A stretch of 64,000 nucleotides of DNA from assembly GCF_009914755.1 (NCBI RefSeq), contig NC_060938.1. The stretch is one strand, 5' to 3'. The first letter of the stretch is position 1, and every line of letters begins with the position of its first letter. The notes under the pieces are model-generated. The model was not told the origin of the DNA, searched no databases, and worked only from the letters and a program-made list of their open reading frames with translations. The position numbers and the translations under genes were made by a program. This DNA comes from the human T2T-CHM13v2.0 reference genome, Homo sapiens. Positions 1 to 13,635 of the stretch are shown here, piece by piece.

Positions 1-258
1 TTAGCTGTTGACTTCCACAAAATGGCACAAATTAGGACAATTTTCCTAGGCCCTCTCTGTACAATTTCATGCTCTTGTAATGATGGCCAGCAACTCAGGG
101 CACCAGCTGATGAAAAGAGGTGTACCTCCTCCAACTGGGGTTTTTTAAACACCTGTGGCTGCAAAGATTTTTAAAATCTTAATACCCAGCTAGTGATGTT
201 ATGGAGAAATTAGCATTTTCATAACATTTTGATGAGTTTTGGTAGACCAAAAAAATAA

Positions 259-598
<340 letters not shown>

Positions 599-677
599 TA
601 TATCAAGGACTTTTTAAATGTTCAGATGCTTTCTACTGAATTTTATCCCTAAAACTCTCCCATAAAGATCTCAATGA

Positions 678-988
678 TGCCAGACGCAGTGGCTCATGCC
701 TGTAATCCCAGCATTTTGGAAGGCTGAGGCAAGAGGATTGCTTGAGGCCAGAAGTTTTAGACCAGCCTGGTCAACATAATGAGACCTCGTCTCTACAAAA
801 AAAAAAAAAAATTTAATTAGCCAAGCATGATGGCACGCACCTGTAGTCCCAGCTACTCAGTAGGCTGAGGTGAGAGGATTACTTGAGATCAGAAATTTGA
901 GGCTACAGTGAGCTATGATCACACCACTGCACTCCAGCCTGGGTAACAGATTGAGACCCTATCTATAAAGAGAGAAAAATAAAAAATG
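678..988 (+). mobile_element. AluJ-like SINE
   Basis: Dimeric Alu with AluJ-type GAGGATTGCTTGAG and GGCTACAGTGAGCTATGAT. Degenerate TSD AA(A/G)GATCTCAATG. Confidence 0.93.
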
Positions 989-1583
989 AAAGGATCTCAA
1001 TGGTGATGTTTCCAGGTGCTCTCTGAGTCCTTGCTGCATGTAACACTTATTTCTTTGTGCCATTTGTTTTCTGAGAGCAAGTTCATCTTCCATTTACCCA
1101 AAAGATCTCAAAGCAGTGCCTATTATTTATGCGGTTGTCATGGCTGCTTTTCTGCTGGAGTCAGTTTTTCTCTCACTTGAATGGTTATGCAAGAATATTA
1201 GTCATTATTTGAATAACTTGGTCATATTTTCTTGCATTTATAGAATAACATATTCTGCTCTGTATCATTTGTAGCAGCAAACATAAAACCAGGTTTGATT
1301 TCAGAACAAATCCAATTGAGTTGTTCAGCTGATGGCATTTGGGGGAAAAGAAAAAAACTAGACTTGGAAACTGTCCCTCTGTTTTTAAATTGTTTAACCC
1401 TTTATCAAAGGAAATCTTACACATATGTGAAAACAAATACTTGTCTTAAAAAGCAGAGCATATGTGATGGGAGAAGAAGTCAAGAGCACTAGATACCATG
1501 ATGGTCCCACCTCATTCCCTCCCCTGCTGCCTGGCCTCCTCTGAACACAATATGAAAAACACTGTCCCATTGTCTGTAAGTTC

Positions 1584-1718
<135 letters not shown>

Positions 1719-1999
1719 TGAGAGTTGAAACATTCTGGTTTTGGTTCTCTATATTTGAGTACAGAGAACTTTCATCTCAAACAGCACTTCTTGTATAGAG
1801 ACCAAGAAGAATGCATAAATGGACACATTCAAGTATGTATTGCTTTTATTTCCCATTATTTGAGTTCTTAAACAAAAATGCTATTTTCCCTGATGCATAG
1901 TTTCACTCTGTCCAGCAGTTTGGGTCTTCTGAAATGCTTGCTCCCCTTTCCATGTTATGAGAAAAAAAGAACAGAGCAGGGCAAAGATTTCTGTGGTCG

Positions 2000-2150
2000 G
2001 AAGACCAGTATGGCAGTCCTGGTTTTGCTTTTATCACCATGTGACCTTTACTGAACATTCACCTCCTGGTGTGTTAAATGAAACTAGCAATATTTACCTC
2101 ACAGAGTTGACATTTGCATTTGATTAAACGAAATAACACAGAAAGTGCTA
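2000..2150 (+). mobile_element. MIR relic
   Basis: GTGACCTT...GTTAAATG...TACCTCACAGAGTTG...GATTAAA resembles the MIR core. Boundaries approximate. Confidence 0.6.
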
Positions 2151-2547
2151 CATAGAAGTCCATTTCTGCTGTCCACAGTGATCTTAGAGTTGGAGAATTT
2201 TGCTGCAGGTGTAAAAGATGCAAGACAATCCCTAACAGCCATTGTTTTTACCACCATGGACTGATTCTCTTTCTTTTAAAAGACAAAATATCTAGCATTA
2301 TCCCTTCCTAATTTTCTGGAGGAGGGAGGGGGTTAGCTTTCCTAAGAGCCCAGGGCTTGTTCAGGACCCCTAAAACTGTTTACCAAATGCACCCCCCAAC
2401 GTGCCTGAAGTCAAATTGTGAAGTGGCATTGGTCGCTCAAGTGTCCCATCATCCTTAGGACATTTACCCAACCTCAAATCGCCACCTCCTTTTCCCAACA
2501 CATACACACGGGAAAGCTTACCTATGTTTGATCTCATCTCCTCAGGA

Positions 2548-2599
2548 GCCCTCTTAGCGCAGCCAGCAGGGCGTGAGTCTCGTAATCTGAAGGTCCTGA
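2548..2599 (+). pseudogene. 3'-truncated (tailless) elongator tRNA-Met(CAT) retropseudogene
   Basis: GCCCTCTTAGCGCAGCCAGCAGGGCGTGAGTCTCGTAATCTGAAGGTCCTGA matches the first ~52 nt of human elongator tRNA-Met as I recall it (GCCCTCTTAGCGCAGCGGGCAGCGCGTCAGTCTCATAATCTGAAGGTCCTGA...), with about 5 mismatches. It stops before the T-loop/B box. Flanked by a perfect 19-bp direct repeat. Confidence 0.88.
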
Positions 2600-2889
2600 T
2601 CTCATCTCCTCAGGATACCCTTAAGTTGTCTAAATTAATGAAGAACCTGTGGGTTAAAAAGTGGTTCATGTATACATTTCACTATTGCCCTCTTGTCATT
2701 CCTATCTTCAGATCAACGTTCCTCATTATCAGGTCACTTACCTACTCAAAAGCCTTCCATTTCCTCCTGTTTTAATTCTAATTCTGATGCCCTTGAGATC
2801 CTGGCACAATCCTAACCACACAAAGTTATTTTCCACCACTTCTGTTGGGTTCCTGCCATTCAAGTCTTCAACTACCAATGTGACAAGGC

Positions 2890-3200
2890 CCTGGGATGAT
2901 CTCTCTGCTTCTATCCACTCCCTAAAATTATTCCCTCCCTCAAGGCCTAATCCTCAGACACTGAAACCTTCCTCCTACTCCAGGCCTGCAAGACCTCTCC
3001 TCCCCAAACTTTCTACAACTCTTGGAAATGAGAACACATAGTTTAGTTATTAATTAACTACTGCCTTATCTTTGTTGTTTTGTTTTAGTGTCTCTTATCT
3101 GCCTTCTTTCTCCATCTACATTACAAACTCTTTAAAACAGGAGTAATCCATGTTTGTGTCTCTCATCCTTCCTAGCACATGGTAGAAAATGTTGGTGGCC
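2890..3200 (+). mobile_element. L2 3' end relic
   Basis: L2-like 3' motifs (AAACCTTCCTCC, TACAAACTCTTTAAAACAGG, CCTAGCACATGGTAG). Approximate. Confidence 0.5.
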
Positions 3201-4631
3201 TGTGTGGCTTACCTTGCATGGTATTTCATTGTAAAAGTCATAGTAACCACACCAATGGAGGAAATTGCAAGCCAGGAGGAATGCTTGGGGGAAAGACAAG
3301 TTGGCCCTCTGCGTTCTCCATGCATGCTATGTTCTCTTCTTTCCGCATAGAGATCAGACCTGGACACAAGCTCACATTTTTTGGCTCTAAGAATCACTAT
3401 GAATTAACTCACTGCTACGTCTCACTAGAAGTTCCCTGGAAGAGGTAAGATTTGCTTGATTGATATACAATAGAGATTCAGCTATCTAGAATACACGGGT
3501 AACAAATGAGACTCCATAGTTACATTTCCAGGTAAACAACAATTTACTCCTAAATTTAAAGCATCATCATCTTTTATATTTTAACCATTTGAGGAAATGT
3601 GTGCTACATTCTAAAATGTGTAATATATTTCCCTGTTTTCTCAAACAGGCTAACAGCAGCTTGATTTAATAACAGAACAAAAGCTCTCAAATTTTTCCTG
3701 ACAACTTCTCCTACCAGCAGAAAAGGGTAAACATCTGTCTCCAAGGGAAGAGTCACGAAATGCCCCACTTTTATCTTAAAATATTATCTAAATTTTGTAT
3801 TTAATACTAGATCTTTGCTTGTTGAAAAGTGAAGTCAATAATTTAAATCAATGGTTCCCTAATATTGGTTCAAAGTGAAACTTTGCCAAATGACCTCTTT
3901 TAGGAGGTTTACATCCTTCTTATTTAGTTAATATTTTAAAAAGCCTTCCATTATCAAATGATGTTGACAGATGCCCTTAATTGACAAAAAAAAAAGAGTT
4001 CCTCCCTTTTTAGTTTACTAGTACTTAAAAGAAAGAAAAAAACAGGACCTGCTATTCCAGTTTATAATAAAGCTGGAAAAAAAAGACATTTCAGAAAGGT
4101 GTTCACATGAGTCCCACATTTTCTATACCCCTAGCATGCTGCCTTATGCCCCAAGAGTATGCATCTTTATGAACCTCAGCTTTGGGGTTTGCTCTCAGGA
4201 CCTCCAGAAGTAGGCAGGTTCCTGGCTCCACACTGAAAATCCCAGACCGTTATACGTGTCAGGTTTTCCCACTTTCCATCAAGTCATAGGCTGTCTGTAT
4301 CTCCTTTCATGTGCCTGCTGGAACAGACTTTATCTCACTTTTACATTTTTATGATGAGGAAACCAGCTAGGAAAGATTTTATATTGAATGTAAGGATTAG
4401 AATAAGTATTCCTGAGTGTCTGAAGAATTCTCCTAGGAATAAATATAAGAGCATTAGTGTGTGAACATTGTATCTATTTGGTCCACTTGTTATAGCTACA
4501 GTCCTCTCTTCTGTATTCTTGGCTACACTACAGATTAGTAAGGTTCCTGGCAGCTAAATTTTGACTTGATGAATTATTACTGAACTTAAGCAATAGTATA
4601 AACAACAAATTTCCCACTTGAATTAAGAAAT

Positions 4632-5119
4632 AGTACTTCATAGGAAAAGGCTGTGTAAAAAAAATCAGCCCCAAAACTCAGTGGCATGCAACAATAAACA
4701 TCTATTCCAATGCTCATAGATCTGCAAGTCAGCTGGGACTCAACTCATCTAAGCTAGGCTCTGTAGGCAACTTTGCTTCAGATTGAGGATCTGACTGGGC
4801 ACGACTCTGCTGCAGATTGGGCTCAGGTCTGTTCCATGTGTGTTCATTCTGAGATCCAGGCTGAAAGGGTAGCAGGTACCTGGGGAAACTCTTCTCATGG
4901 TGATGTCTAACAGGGCAAGCCCATCTACTTAAGCACATTTCAGTCCTCTGCTAAGGTATGTCTGCTAACATCTCATTGGCCAAAGCAAGTCTCATGCCAA
5001 ACCCCCAAAGTCAAAGGATAGGAAAGTATTCTTCACCCACCATGAGGCCATGGCAAAGGTATGGATGTATAATCTCCCTGCAGGAGAGTGAAGAATAGTG
5101 AGAAATTCAATCTATCACA
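4632..5119 (-). mobile_element. MaLR solo LTR, MLT1H/I-like
   Basis: CCCCAAAACTCAGTGGC...CTCATTGGCCAAAGCAAGTCTCATGCCAAACCC...TCTATCACA, typical of reverse MLT1. Confidence 0.8.
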
Positions 5120-7479
5120 GGCTGGATAACTTCTGACCACAGCCACTAATCATAATGGACTTTCTAGAAAAAAGAAAAAACAAGTTTTAAGGCAACTTCT
5201 GAAAGTGGAAGGGAGATACCTTGTTGGATATAAAGTGAAAGCTTTCAATTATGATATGCTGAATAAAGGACATTATGAAGGAAATGGAAAGTCATGCTTC
5301 CTAATATGGCAGTTGCATTAGGATGCATGTAAAACTGAGTTTGCTATAGGCTGGTTTTATAAGTGATAATTGATTGCAAATTATATTGACAGTTATTGAA
5401 CATAATTATTCACCACAGGAACCATCCTTAATCAATTAATCAGGGCACAATTCAACTTCACTTCTTGCATGTGGGAACAACCAATTTTTTTTCTTTTTTG
5501 CTTTTTTTTCTTTACCTACTTTGTTTGCTGTTGAAACATTTTAACAAATTAATTAGATGCTAATTCTCAGCAATAAATGAAACCCTTAAGGTGCTCAAAT
5601 TGTAAACTCCACAATAAAACCTGTTTATTCTCAAAGATGTGCCTCAGATTCTGAATAAACACAGATCTCTTCCAGGGGTTGCATTCAAGGAATGGGTCCA
5701 AGTTTCTCACTGTCATCAGCCAGGAGAGATATCTCCAAGGACATACTACAGGCCTATCTCTGTTTTATTCAAATTTTAACCAAATACTTAAAAAAATACA
5801 CTGAAACCAGGCTTTCTGAGTTTTCAACTGACTCAAAGATGGAAAGGATAGATAGCATATTAGACACAGACTTCAACTTCTGAACAGGCAGAATGATACA
5901 CAGAAGCTTACAAGGTAAAAGTCAATACGGAGAAAACTAATGCCGTGTTTTCAGTAGTGTTGCAAAGTCAAAGCCTCCAAACAGGATGGAGGAGATAAAA
6001 AGAGAGCCACTCACATTAAAAAAAAATCTAGCTGTTTCAGTTAACATCAAATAATAGAAATCAGCAGGGAAATGTAACTTCAAAAGCACTGTTGAATACG
6101 TGGACTGCATGCATATCAATAGCGCTCAAAATAAGAAATGTAATAGTCTCATTGTCTTCTGACCTGGTCAGACTCCAGGGAGAGTATCAGATTTAGTTAC
6201 CAGTGTTATTGTTTACAAAGGAAATTAAAATACAGAACTGTATATACAGGGGTCTGAGATTAGGGTAGAGAAGAGTTTCAACACCAGATTATATGAAGAA
6301 TGATGGAAGAAAAAGAAGATACATTGCATGAGCAAGGGAGAAGTCAGGAGAGACACGAGAGTTGTCTCTAAATAGTTATAGCATTGGTCTGACGGAGAGG
6401 GATGAAAATAGATTCTGAGCAGCAATCTCAAAAATCTGAGAAAGTCTTCATTGACAAAACCTTCAGGAAGGCAGCTTTCAGCTCAGTATGAATCTTAGAG
6501 GTCTCCTACCCAATCTCTTTGTCTCATGGAAGTGGCCCTCTTTTATAAGCACTCTGTGACCTAAGGCCCATGTCAGCCCCACAAGTCTCAAGATTCTGTA
6601 CAGGAAGAACAGATGTGTCAAATTTGTTATTACACTGAATTTTTAAAGTTCTTTCCTCTATTGAAAAATCAAGTACATCTTTGCAAAATAAAAATAGAAT
6701 TTTATTATAGCAGTACAAACATTTTATGCTATTCTTTATAGTTTCAAAACTATGAATATCCAATCAAACTTCATAATTGCTTTCATAAATGCCTAATTAA
6801 ACTATAAATATTATTAAATATATCCATGTACAATAAGAAATGGAAACATCTGGATGAAAAATGGAAAATTTAGACAAGCAGCTGGATATTTTACCTACAC
6901 AATGCTAGACACCAAGACATTCAGAAACATCAAATGGCTGATAGAATTTTGGCATTTCATCTGGATATTCAACTCTATCTTCAGCTTTATTTCAAATTAT
7001 TTCTTAGAGTCTCAGCTTCTCTATTTTTTAATGGGAATATTTTATACACTCCTCCTACTGAATAGCATTATCCAGTCACAGATAAAACACTGTTTCTCTT
7101 CCTCTGCCAGCTCCCCCTACTCTGATCCCACCCTCCTTCACTTTACTATTCTACAGGGATACCAGAAATGCAGAAAGAATCAAGACGGGGCTTTGGGGAT
7201 CCCCCCCGCTTCCTGCAGCCTCCTCTTACAGGCCATGTTGACTGCCAGAAAGTCCAACATGACTCTCCAATCTGGCTTTGGATGTTCTTCAACCCCTCAC
7301 CACCCTGGCCCCCACTCGTGTTTCCATCTTAAATACCAGTGATTCATTTCCAATTCCATATCCTCTCTGACCTCAGTTTCCAAGGCACCATCTCCTTTGA
7401 TATGCCTGATGGCCCACGCCTTCACGATGCCTGCAGTCAAAACAATATGATGAAAATACTAATTCCAACTTAATCAGCA

Positions 7480-7710
7480 CTACATTAAATTCAAATATTG
7501 CTGTAAGTGGTCGACATGAATTAACTCATTTAATCTTCACAACAATCCTACAAGCAGGTACTGTTAATATGCCCATTTTGCATACATGGAAATTGAGGCA
7601 AGGTATTTAATAACTTGCCCAAATTCTCATAGACATAGCACCCCAGACCTCCAATACAAATTCTGGTTTTCTCACTTTGGAGCTTCTCTCTTAGCCACTA
7701 CACTATACTG
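7480..7710 (-). mobile_element. MIR relic
   Basis: CTCATTTAATCTTCACAACAATCCTAC...CCCATTTTGCATACATGGAAATTGAGGC...AACTTGCCC. Confidence 0.8.
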
Positions 7711-8035
7711 CCTGTCCCGTCAGTCTACTCTAATTTGTAAACTTTTTGCCAAAATTAGTGTTCTCAAACTCAAAGAAGATGGTTATAATGGATTATTCCC
7801 ATGTTTGAAGCAGTATCTGAAACTCTGTCTCTTTCTAGAAGCCTACATATATTTGGTACATGGAAGATGACATTTTTTTCCTAAGAAATTCCAACAACTG
7901 CCTTCCAAGGATAAAAATACTTGTCCCTTATTTGTTCTCCTTGGTCTCCGAACAATATAAATGCAGCAGGTAATCTTGTACCATTTAAATATTTTACTTG
8001 TTTTATAAAGGTTAATCCACATGAATAAAATATCT

Positions 8036-8900
8036 CAGTTAGTCAGTCATTCATTTGACAAGTATTTACCAAACTGTTCTAGGCACTGATAAGACAAAAA
8101 TCTCTACCCTCACGGAGCTGGCATTCTTGTAGGGAAGACATAATAAGCAAGATAAATATATAAATGATACAGTATGTTAAGTGATGACACATGCGAATGA
8201 GAATATAAAGTAAAGAAGAAAGAGATGCAATGCCAGAAAGGGAGTGAAACTTTAGATGCCAAATCCAGGGAGAGCATCGCAGAGAACATGACTTTTGAGT
8301 GAGACCTGTAGGAGGGAGGGCCTGGCCATGAAGCTGTGGAGGAGAGGAGCATTCAAGGCAGAAGGGACAGCCTGCATTTGGAATGGGTCCGGCATGTTCC
8401 ACAAACACCAGGAAGTCAGTGTGGGCAGAGAAGAGAAAATGAGGCAGGGGTGGGGAGGGAGATGAAGGCGAGAAGGAGGGAAACAGAAGATAAAGGCATA
8501 AAGGCAAGGAAGAAAATAGGGAGGGGGATCTAGAACATGAAGAATCTTTTAGGCCATTATAAAGAGTTTGGCTTTCAAGAGTGGGCTGGGAAGCTACCGG
8601 AGGGTTTTGAGTCTAGGAGTGGCAAGATCTGACTTATGCTTAAGCGGGATCCTCCGACCGATGTTGAGAACAGACAGCAGCAGGGCAGGAGGAGAAAAGG
8701 GGCCAGGGAGGAGGTTAGCACAATGATTCAGGTGAAAGATGAGGGTAGCTTGGACTAGGTGGTAGCAATAGGAGAGATAAGAATTGATAGAATTCTATTT
8801 TGAAAATAGAACTGACAGAATTTGCTGACAGATGCGGGGCATGAAAGAAAAAGTGGAGTCAAGAAAGACAATGAGATTTTTGGTCTGAACAAATAGAAGA
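8036..8900 (-). mobile_element. L2a 3' fragment
   Basis: Starts with reverse L2 tail (TCAGTCATTCATTTGACAAGTATTTA), then ACCCTCACGGAGCT, AGCATTCAAGGCAGAAGG and GAGATTTTTGGTCTGAAC. Confidence 0.85.
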
Positions 8901-11279
8901 GGATTGATTAAAAACTCCTTGGAGAGAGAATCAGCCACATGTATTCACTTAATACATAATGAATATAAATTTTAAAATAGTAAAATGAATTGAAATTCCT
9001 CCAGAAACTGTTAAGTATGTGTAAAGAAAAGTAGAATAATATGAAGGTGTGTTATTAAAATATAGGATTCTTCTCCATTTAAATATGACATTGATGGTCC
9101 TATGTAACCAGTAAATAAAAAGAAAGGCTTAATTTTTTCCACGGTGATGTTCAGATAGCAGATACTAAACACAGCATTAAATATTTGCCAGAAAATCTGA
9201 TAGTCAGATTTTGATATTTATTAAAGACTTTCCATATTGAGTTTAATTAAGGATTTGATTATGAATTCTACCTTGAAGGCATGATTACTACTTATCTCTT
9301 CACTCTTGGGCCAAAGAGAATTACAGATGCTGAATATCTCTCCATTGCATCCATGAAATAGTCATTAGTTTGAAAAGACATCTCTTTTCTCAGTGCTGAA
9401 AATTGCCTAGAGAAATTTAATTCATTCATCTTTTATGGTACTCTTGTAAGGAATACTGGATGTATTTTTAATATCAGAGCCAAGAAAATAAATGAATCAT
9501 CCTAACTAATTTCCTGATAAATATACAATTGTCTTTTATTACCCTTTTATTATCACATATTAGTCTTTTATTCCTGTTAATACTGTGAAATATGGCAGGG
9601 AAATAATGCTGCTTTTTAGAGAGTGTGTATAAAATTCACCACTCACTTTCATTACGTAACTTGGCATCTTCTGTTCCTAGCTTTCCCATTTCCAGTGTGT
9701 CAATGGAAAAACCTCACCATGGATGGAGAGACTCACTCTTTAAGTAACCTTATTGTTAGCTAAATATCTTGCTATCGTAAAAAGATGAAGGGTTATGGCA
9801 GCCCATTTTAGCTCTTGGAAACTTTTGAAACACACTATTAAATGCATGAAGAGTCACATGGCTATTCAGCAAAGAAGGAACTTCTGGGACATAGCTGGTG
9901 TCTCTTCCCTAATGGGATCCAGTCAAAAGGCTAGAATATCATAAACTGGCAACCAATGGCAGGCCCACAATCCCTCAAAAAGTAATGGTTCACTGCCAGA
10001 AGATAAAGTATGCATCCCCAACACTCAGATTGCCAACTATTTCTCAGGGTTTGGTTCCCTGGCCTGGGACTCTGCCTTTGATTCCCCAGTCTGGGACTCT
10101 GCCTGAGGAGGTGGCATGGTGCGGGGTCCCTTCTCAGTGACCTAGGGCTCTGGTTTTCTTTCTAGCTCCCAGCCCAAAGAAAGCCTTTATTTTCCCCCTT
10201 TGTCATGGGAGTATGGGTGAGTGGGGAAGCACAGAGCCTGGCTTCATAAATATCTTTCATATCCATCATTGATACAGTGGTTTGATCTTGAGTTAATTTG
10301 GCTTCGATGTGGCCTCCCCAGCTGTAATTTATCTCTATTCCTCCTCCAGCACATCAAGCAACTGTACAACTTCTCACTTGATTCATCCATCACCAGTGTC
10401 AAAATATAACATAGAAGTTTTTCTTTCTAGTTAAAATATAAAAATATGAAAGGAAGGCTATTTTCTCTGATCTTTCTCTGACATGATCCTGTCAGAATCT
10501 TCAGGTTCTCTCTTCTCTTCTCTATACTTGTCCATGGGTTAAGTGTCATTTATTAGTGATATATCCCCTTTGTTTTAGACAATGTCAGTCATGACTGTAA
10601 CCATAGGTAACCTGTTTCTCCAGAACTATAGCCTAGTTTTAATCTTCACTCCTTTCTCAGTAATCCTGCTGGGAGCTATCACATATTCAGATAGCTTTTG
10701 CAATCTCTACATTGCAGTTGGTTTCTATAACATTCCTTTCAAAAAGACAGCCTCATCATAATACTGAAAATAACTACGTCTTCAGATTGTTCTCTAATTG
10801 TCTTACATACAATAATAAATATAATTATAAAAAGAAGAAACTACAGTGTATCCATTTTGGGTATTAAAATTAGTTGAAGCAGTTTTCCTGCTAATATTCT
10901 TCCATGAGAATCACATTCAGAACTTAGAAACTGCAAATGTTTATTTTTATTGAAGAAAGGTAGCTTGCTAAACATATTTAATATCAGGAATAAATATGGA
11001 TTTGTGAGAGAGAGAATAGATTTAGTGCCAATCATATATCATTGTTTTAAAGGTAAACTAGAGAGCTTTATCCAAAACAAATTTAAATAAAGTAAAAACC
11101 TACCTCTCTCTCTCTCTTTGTAGCTCATAGACAAATATTTAAACATAAATATGCAAACCAAGGGATCCACCTTCATCTGGGTTAAAATGTATACTGAAAA
11201 AGTATTGAGAATAAGAGATATCCTATGTTAGTTACCAAATGTTTGGGAGCAACAATTAAAAAGTGTAGATTACAAGAGT

Positions 11280-11570
11280 TTTAAAGATGAAAAGATCATT
11301 CTGGGCTAAGATTATCCACAAATTTTTCAAGAAGGAGGCAGAATTTGAGGTGGGTCTTTAGGACAGGTAGGATTTAGAAAACTGTAGAGGAACTGGGAGG
11401 CATTTTTCAATGGGAAGAGTGACGTCATAGTGAGCATACTGAGATGGTTGTAAAAAATAAAAGGCAAATGCGTCTAGTTAGAATTGATAGCATAAGCAAT
11501 CACGAAAGATCATACTACAAGACAGAATGAGAGCAGACCTGGAGGACCTTAGATGGCCAAGAAATGTGAA
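11280..11570 (-). mobile_element. L2 relic
   Basis: GGAGGCAGAATTTGAGGTGGGTCTTTAGGACAGGTAGGATTTAG is L2-like. Approximate. Confidence 0.5.
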
Positions 11571-12238
11571 CTTCCAAGGATACTACCCAGAAAGTGAAAA
11601 GAAAACCCACAGAATAGAAGAAAATATTTGCAAATCATATATCTGATGAGTCTAATATCAAGAATATATAGAGAACACTAAAAAATCAGTAATAAGGGAA
11701 ATAGCCCAATTAAATTGGGAAGAAGAAGTATTTGAATAGACATTTCCCCAAATAATAAATGCAAAGGACCAATAAGCACATGAAAAGATGTGCAGTATCA
11801 TTAGTCATCAGGGAAATGCAAAACAAAGCCACATTGAAACTTTACACCTACTAGGATGGCTATGATGAAAAAGGCAGATAATAACAAGTGTTGGCAAAGA
11901 TGTGGAGAAATCAGAACCATCACACATTGCTGTAAAATGCAAAATGATATTCCAACCTGGAAAACATTTTGGCAGTCCTCAAAAACTCAAAATAAAAGGG
12001 CCTCATAAACTTACATTTATGTTACCAGATGACTCAATAATTCCATACCTAGGTATATGCCCAAGAAAAATAAAAAGAAATGTTCACACAAAGCAACTTG
12101 TATACAAATGTTCATGGAAGCATTATTCTTAATAGTCAAAAGGCAGAAACAACCCAAATGTCCACCAAGTGAACAGTAAATAAAGAAAATGTGGTGTATC
12201 TACACCATGGAATATTATTTGTCCATAAAAAGGAATGA

Positions 12239-12528
12239 GGCCGGGCTTGGTGGCTCACGTCTGTAATCCCAGCACTTGGGAGGCCGAGGCAGGTGAATCA
12301 CCTCATGTCAGGAGTTTGAGACCACCCTGGCCAACATGGTGAAACCGCATCTCTACCAAAAATACAAAAATTAGCTGGGCGTAGTGGCTTATGCCTGTAA
12401 TCCCAGCTACTCAGGAGGCTGAGGCAGGAGAATTGCTTGAATCCGGGAGGCAAACGTTGCAGTGAGCCAAGATCATGCCACTACACTCTAGCCAGGGCGA
12501 CAGAGCAAGACTCCATCTCAAAAAAAAA
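12239..12528 (+). mobile_element. AluS (Sx/Sp-like) inserted in L1MB
   Basis: Full dimer from GGCCGGGC. TSD AAAAGGAATGA on both sides. Confidence 0.95.
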
Positions 12529-12785
12529 GGAATGAAGTATGGATACATGCTACAACACGTATAAACCTTGCAAACATTATGCTAAGTGAAAGAAGCCAGG
12601 CACAAAGGCATTTATTGTAAGATTCCATTTATACATGAAATGTCCAGAATAGGCAAATGCATGGAGACATAAGGTAGATTAGCGGTTCCTAGTGGCTGGG
12701 AGGAGGGAGAAATGGGGAGTGACTGTTAGCAGATATGGATTATTATTATTTTTTGATAGGGGGTGATGAAAATGTTCTGGAATTA

Positions 12786-13104
12786 GGCTGAGCATAGTAG
12801 CTCATGCCTGGAATCCCAACATTTTGGGAGGTCAAGGTGGGAGGATCACTTGAGCCTAGGAGTCAAGACCTGTTGTACAACATAGACAGATCCTGTCTCT
12901 ACCAATCATATATATTTTTTAAATTAGCCAGGTCTGGTGGGGCATGCCTGTAGTCCCAGCTACTCGGGAGGCTGAAGTGGGAGGATCACTTGAGCCCAGG
13001 AATTTAAGGTAACAGTGAGCTATGATTGTACCACCGTATTCCAGCCTGGGTGACAGACTGAGACCCTGTCTCAAAAAAAAAAAAAAAAAAAAAAAAGGGA
13101 AAAA
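12786..13104 (+). mobile_element. AluJ inserted in L1MB
   Basis: GGAGGATCACTTGAGCC in both arms, long A tail, TSD AAATGTTCTGGAATTA. Confidence 0.93.
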
Positions 13105-13344
13105 GAAATGTTCTGGAATTAGATAGTAATAATGGTTGCACAACTCTGTGAATATACTAAAAACCATGGAATCATACACTTTAAAATAATGAATTTTATG
13201 CTATATAAATTATATCTCAGTAAGAAAAAAATACACAATAAAAGAAAGAAATATGAACTATTAATATATCTTTTAGGCCCTACATAGCTACTGAAGATTT
13301 TTGGGTAGCAGAGTGGAGTGTTCACCTTTGCATTTTGATGCATC

Positions 13345-13635
13345 TTTTTTTTTTTCAAACGGGGTCTTGCTCTGTTGCCCAAGCTGAAGTGCAGTGGCAT
13401 GATCTCAGCTCACTGCAACCTGTCTCCCAGGTTCAAGCAATTCTCCTGCCTCAGCCGCCCAAGTAGCTGGGATTACAGGCATGTGCCACCATGCCCAGCT
13501 AATTTTTGTATTCTTAGTAGAGATGGGGTTTCACCACGTTGGCCAGGCTGGTCTCAAACTCCTGACCTCAGGCGATTCACCCACCTCTTCCTCCCAAAGT
13601 GCTGGGATTACAAGTGTGAGCCACCGCGCCCGGTC
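13345..13635 (-). mobile_element. AluS SINE
   Basis: Reverse Alu dimer. Degenerate TSD TT(G/A)ATGCAT. Confidence 0.93.

Larger units (their letters stand above)
11575..13240 (+). mobile_element. L1MB-like 3' fragment (ORF2 C-terminus + 3'UTR), interrupted by two Alus
   Basis: Decayed L1 ORF2 C-terminal motifs (ATATTTGCAAATCATATATCTGAT, CATCAGGGAAATGCAAA). L1MB-type 3' end (ATGCTAAGTGAAAGAAGCCAG; AATGTTCTGGAATTAGATAG...AAATTATATCTCA). Confidence 0.88.

Noticed and set aside
6854-7342. 162-aa ORF with a hydrophobic N-terminal half (possible membrane protein)
   Set aside because: Phe/Ile/Leu richness is what T-rich DNA yields by chance. There is no recognisable domain, promoter context or splice support.
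10575-10602. 28-nt microexon-like segment (TTTTAG|ACAATG...CATAG|GTAACC)
   Set aside because: Weak donor, length not a multiple of three, no neighbouring gene context. Such matches are frequent by chance.
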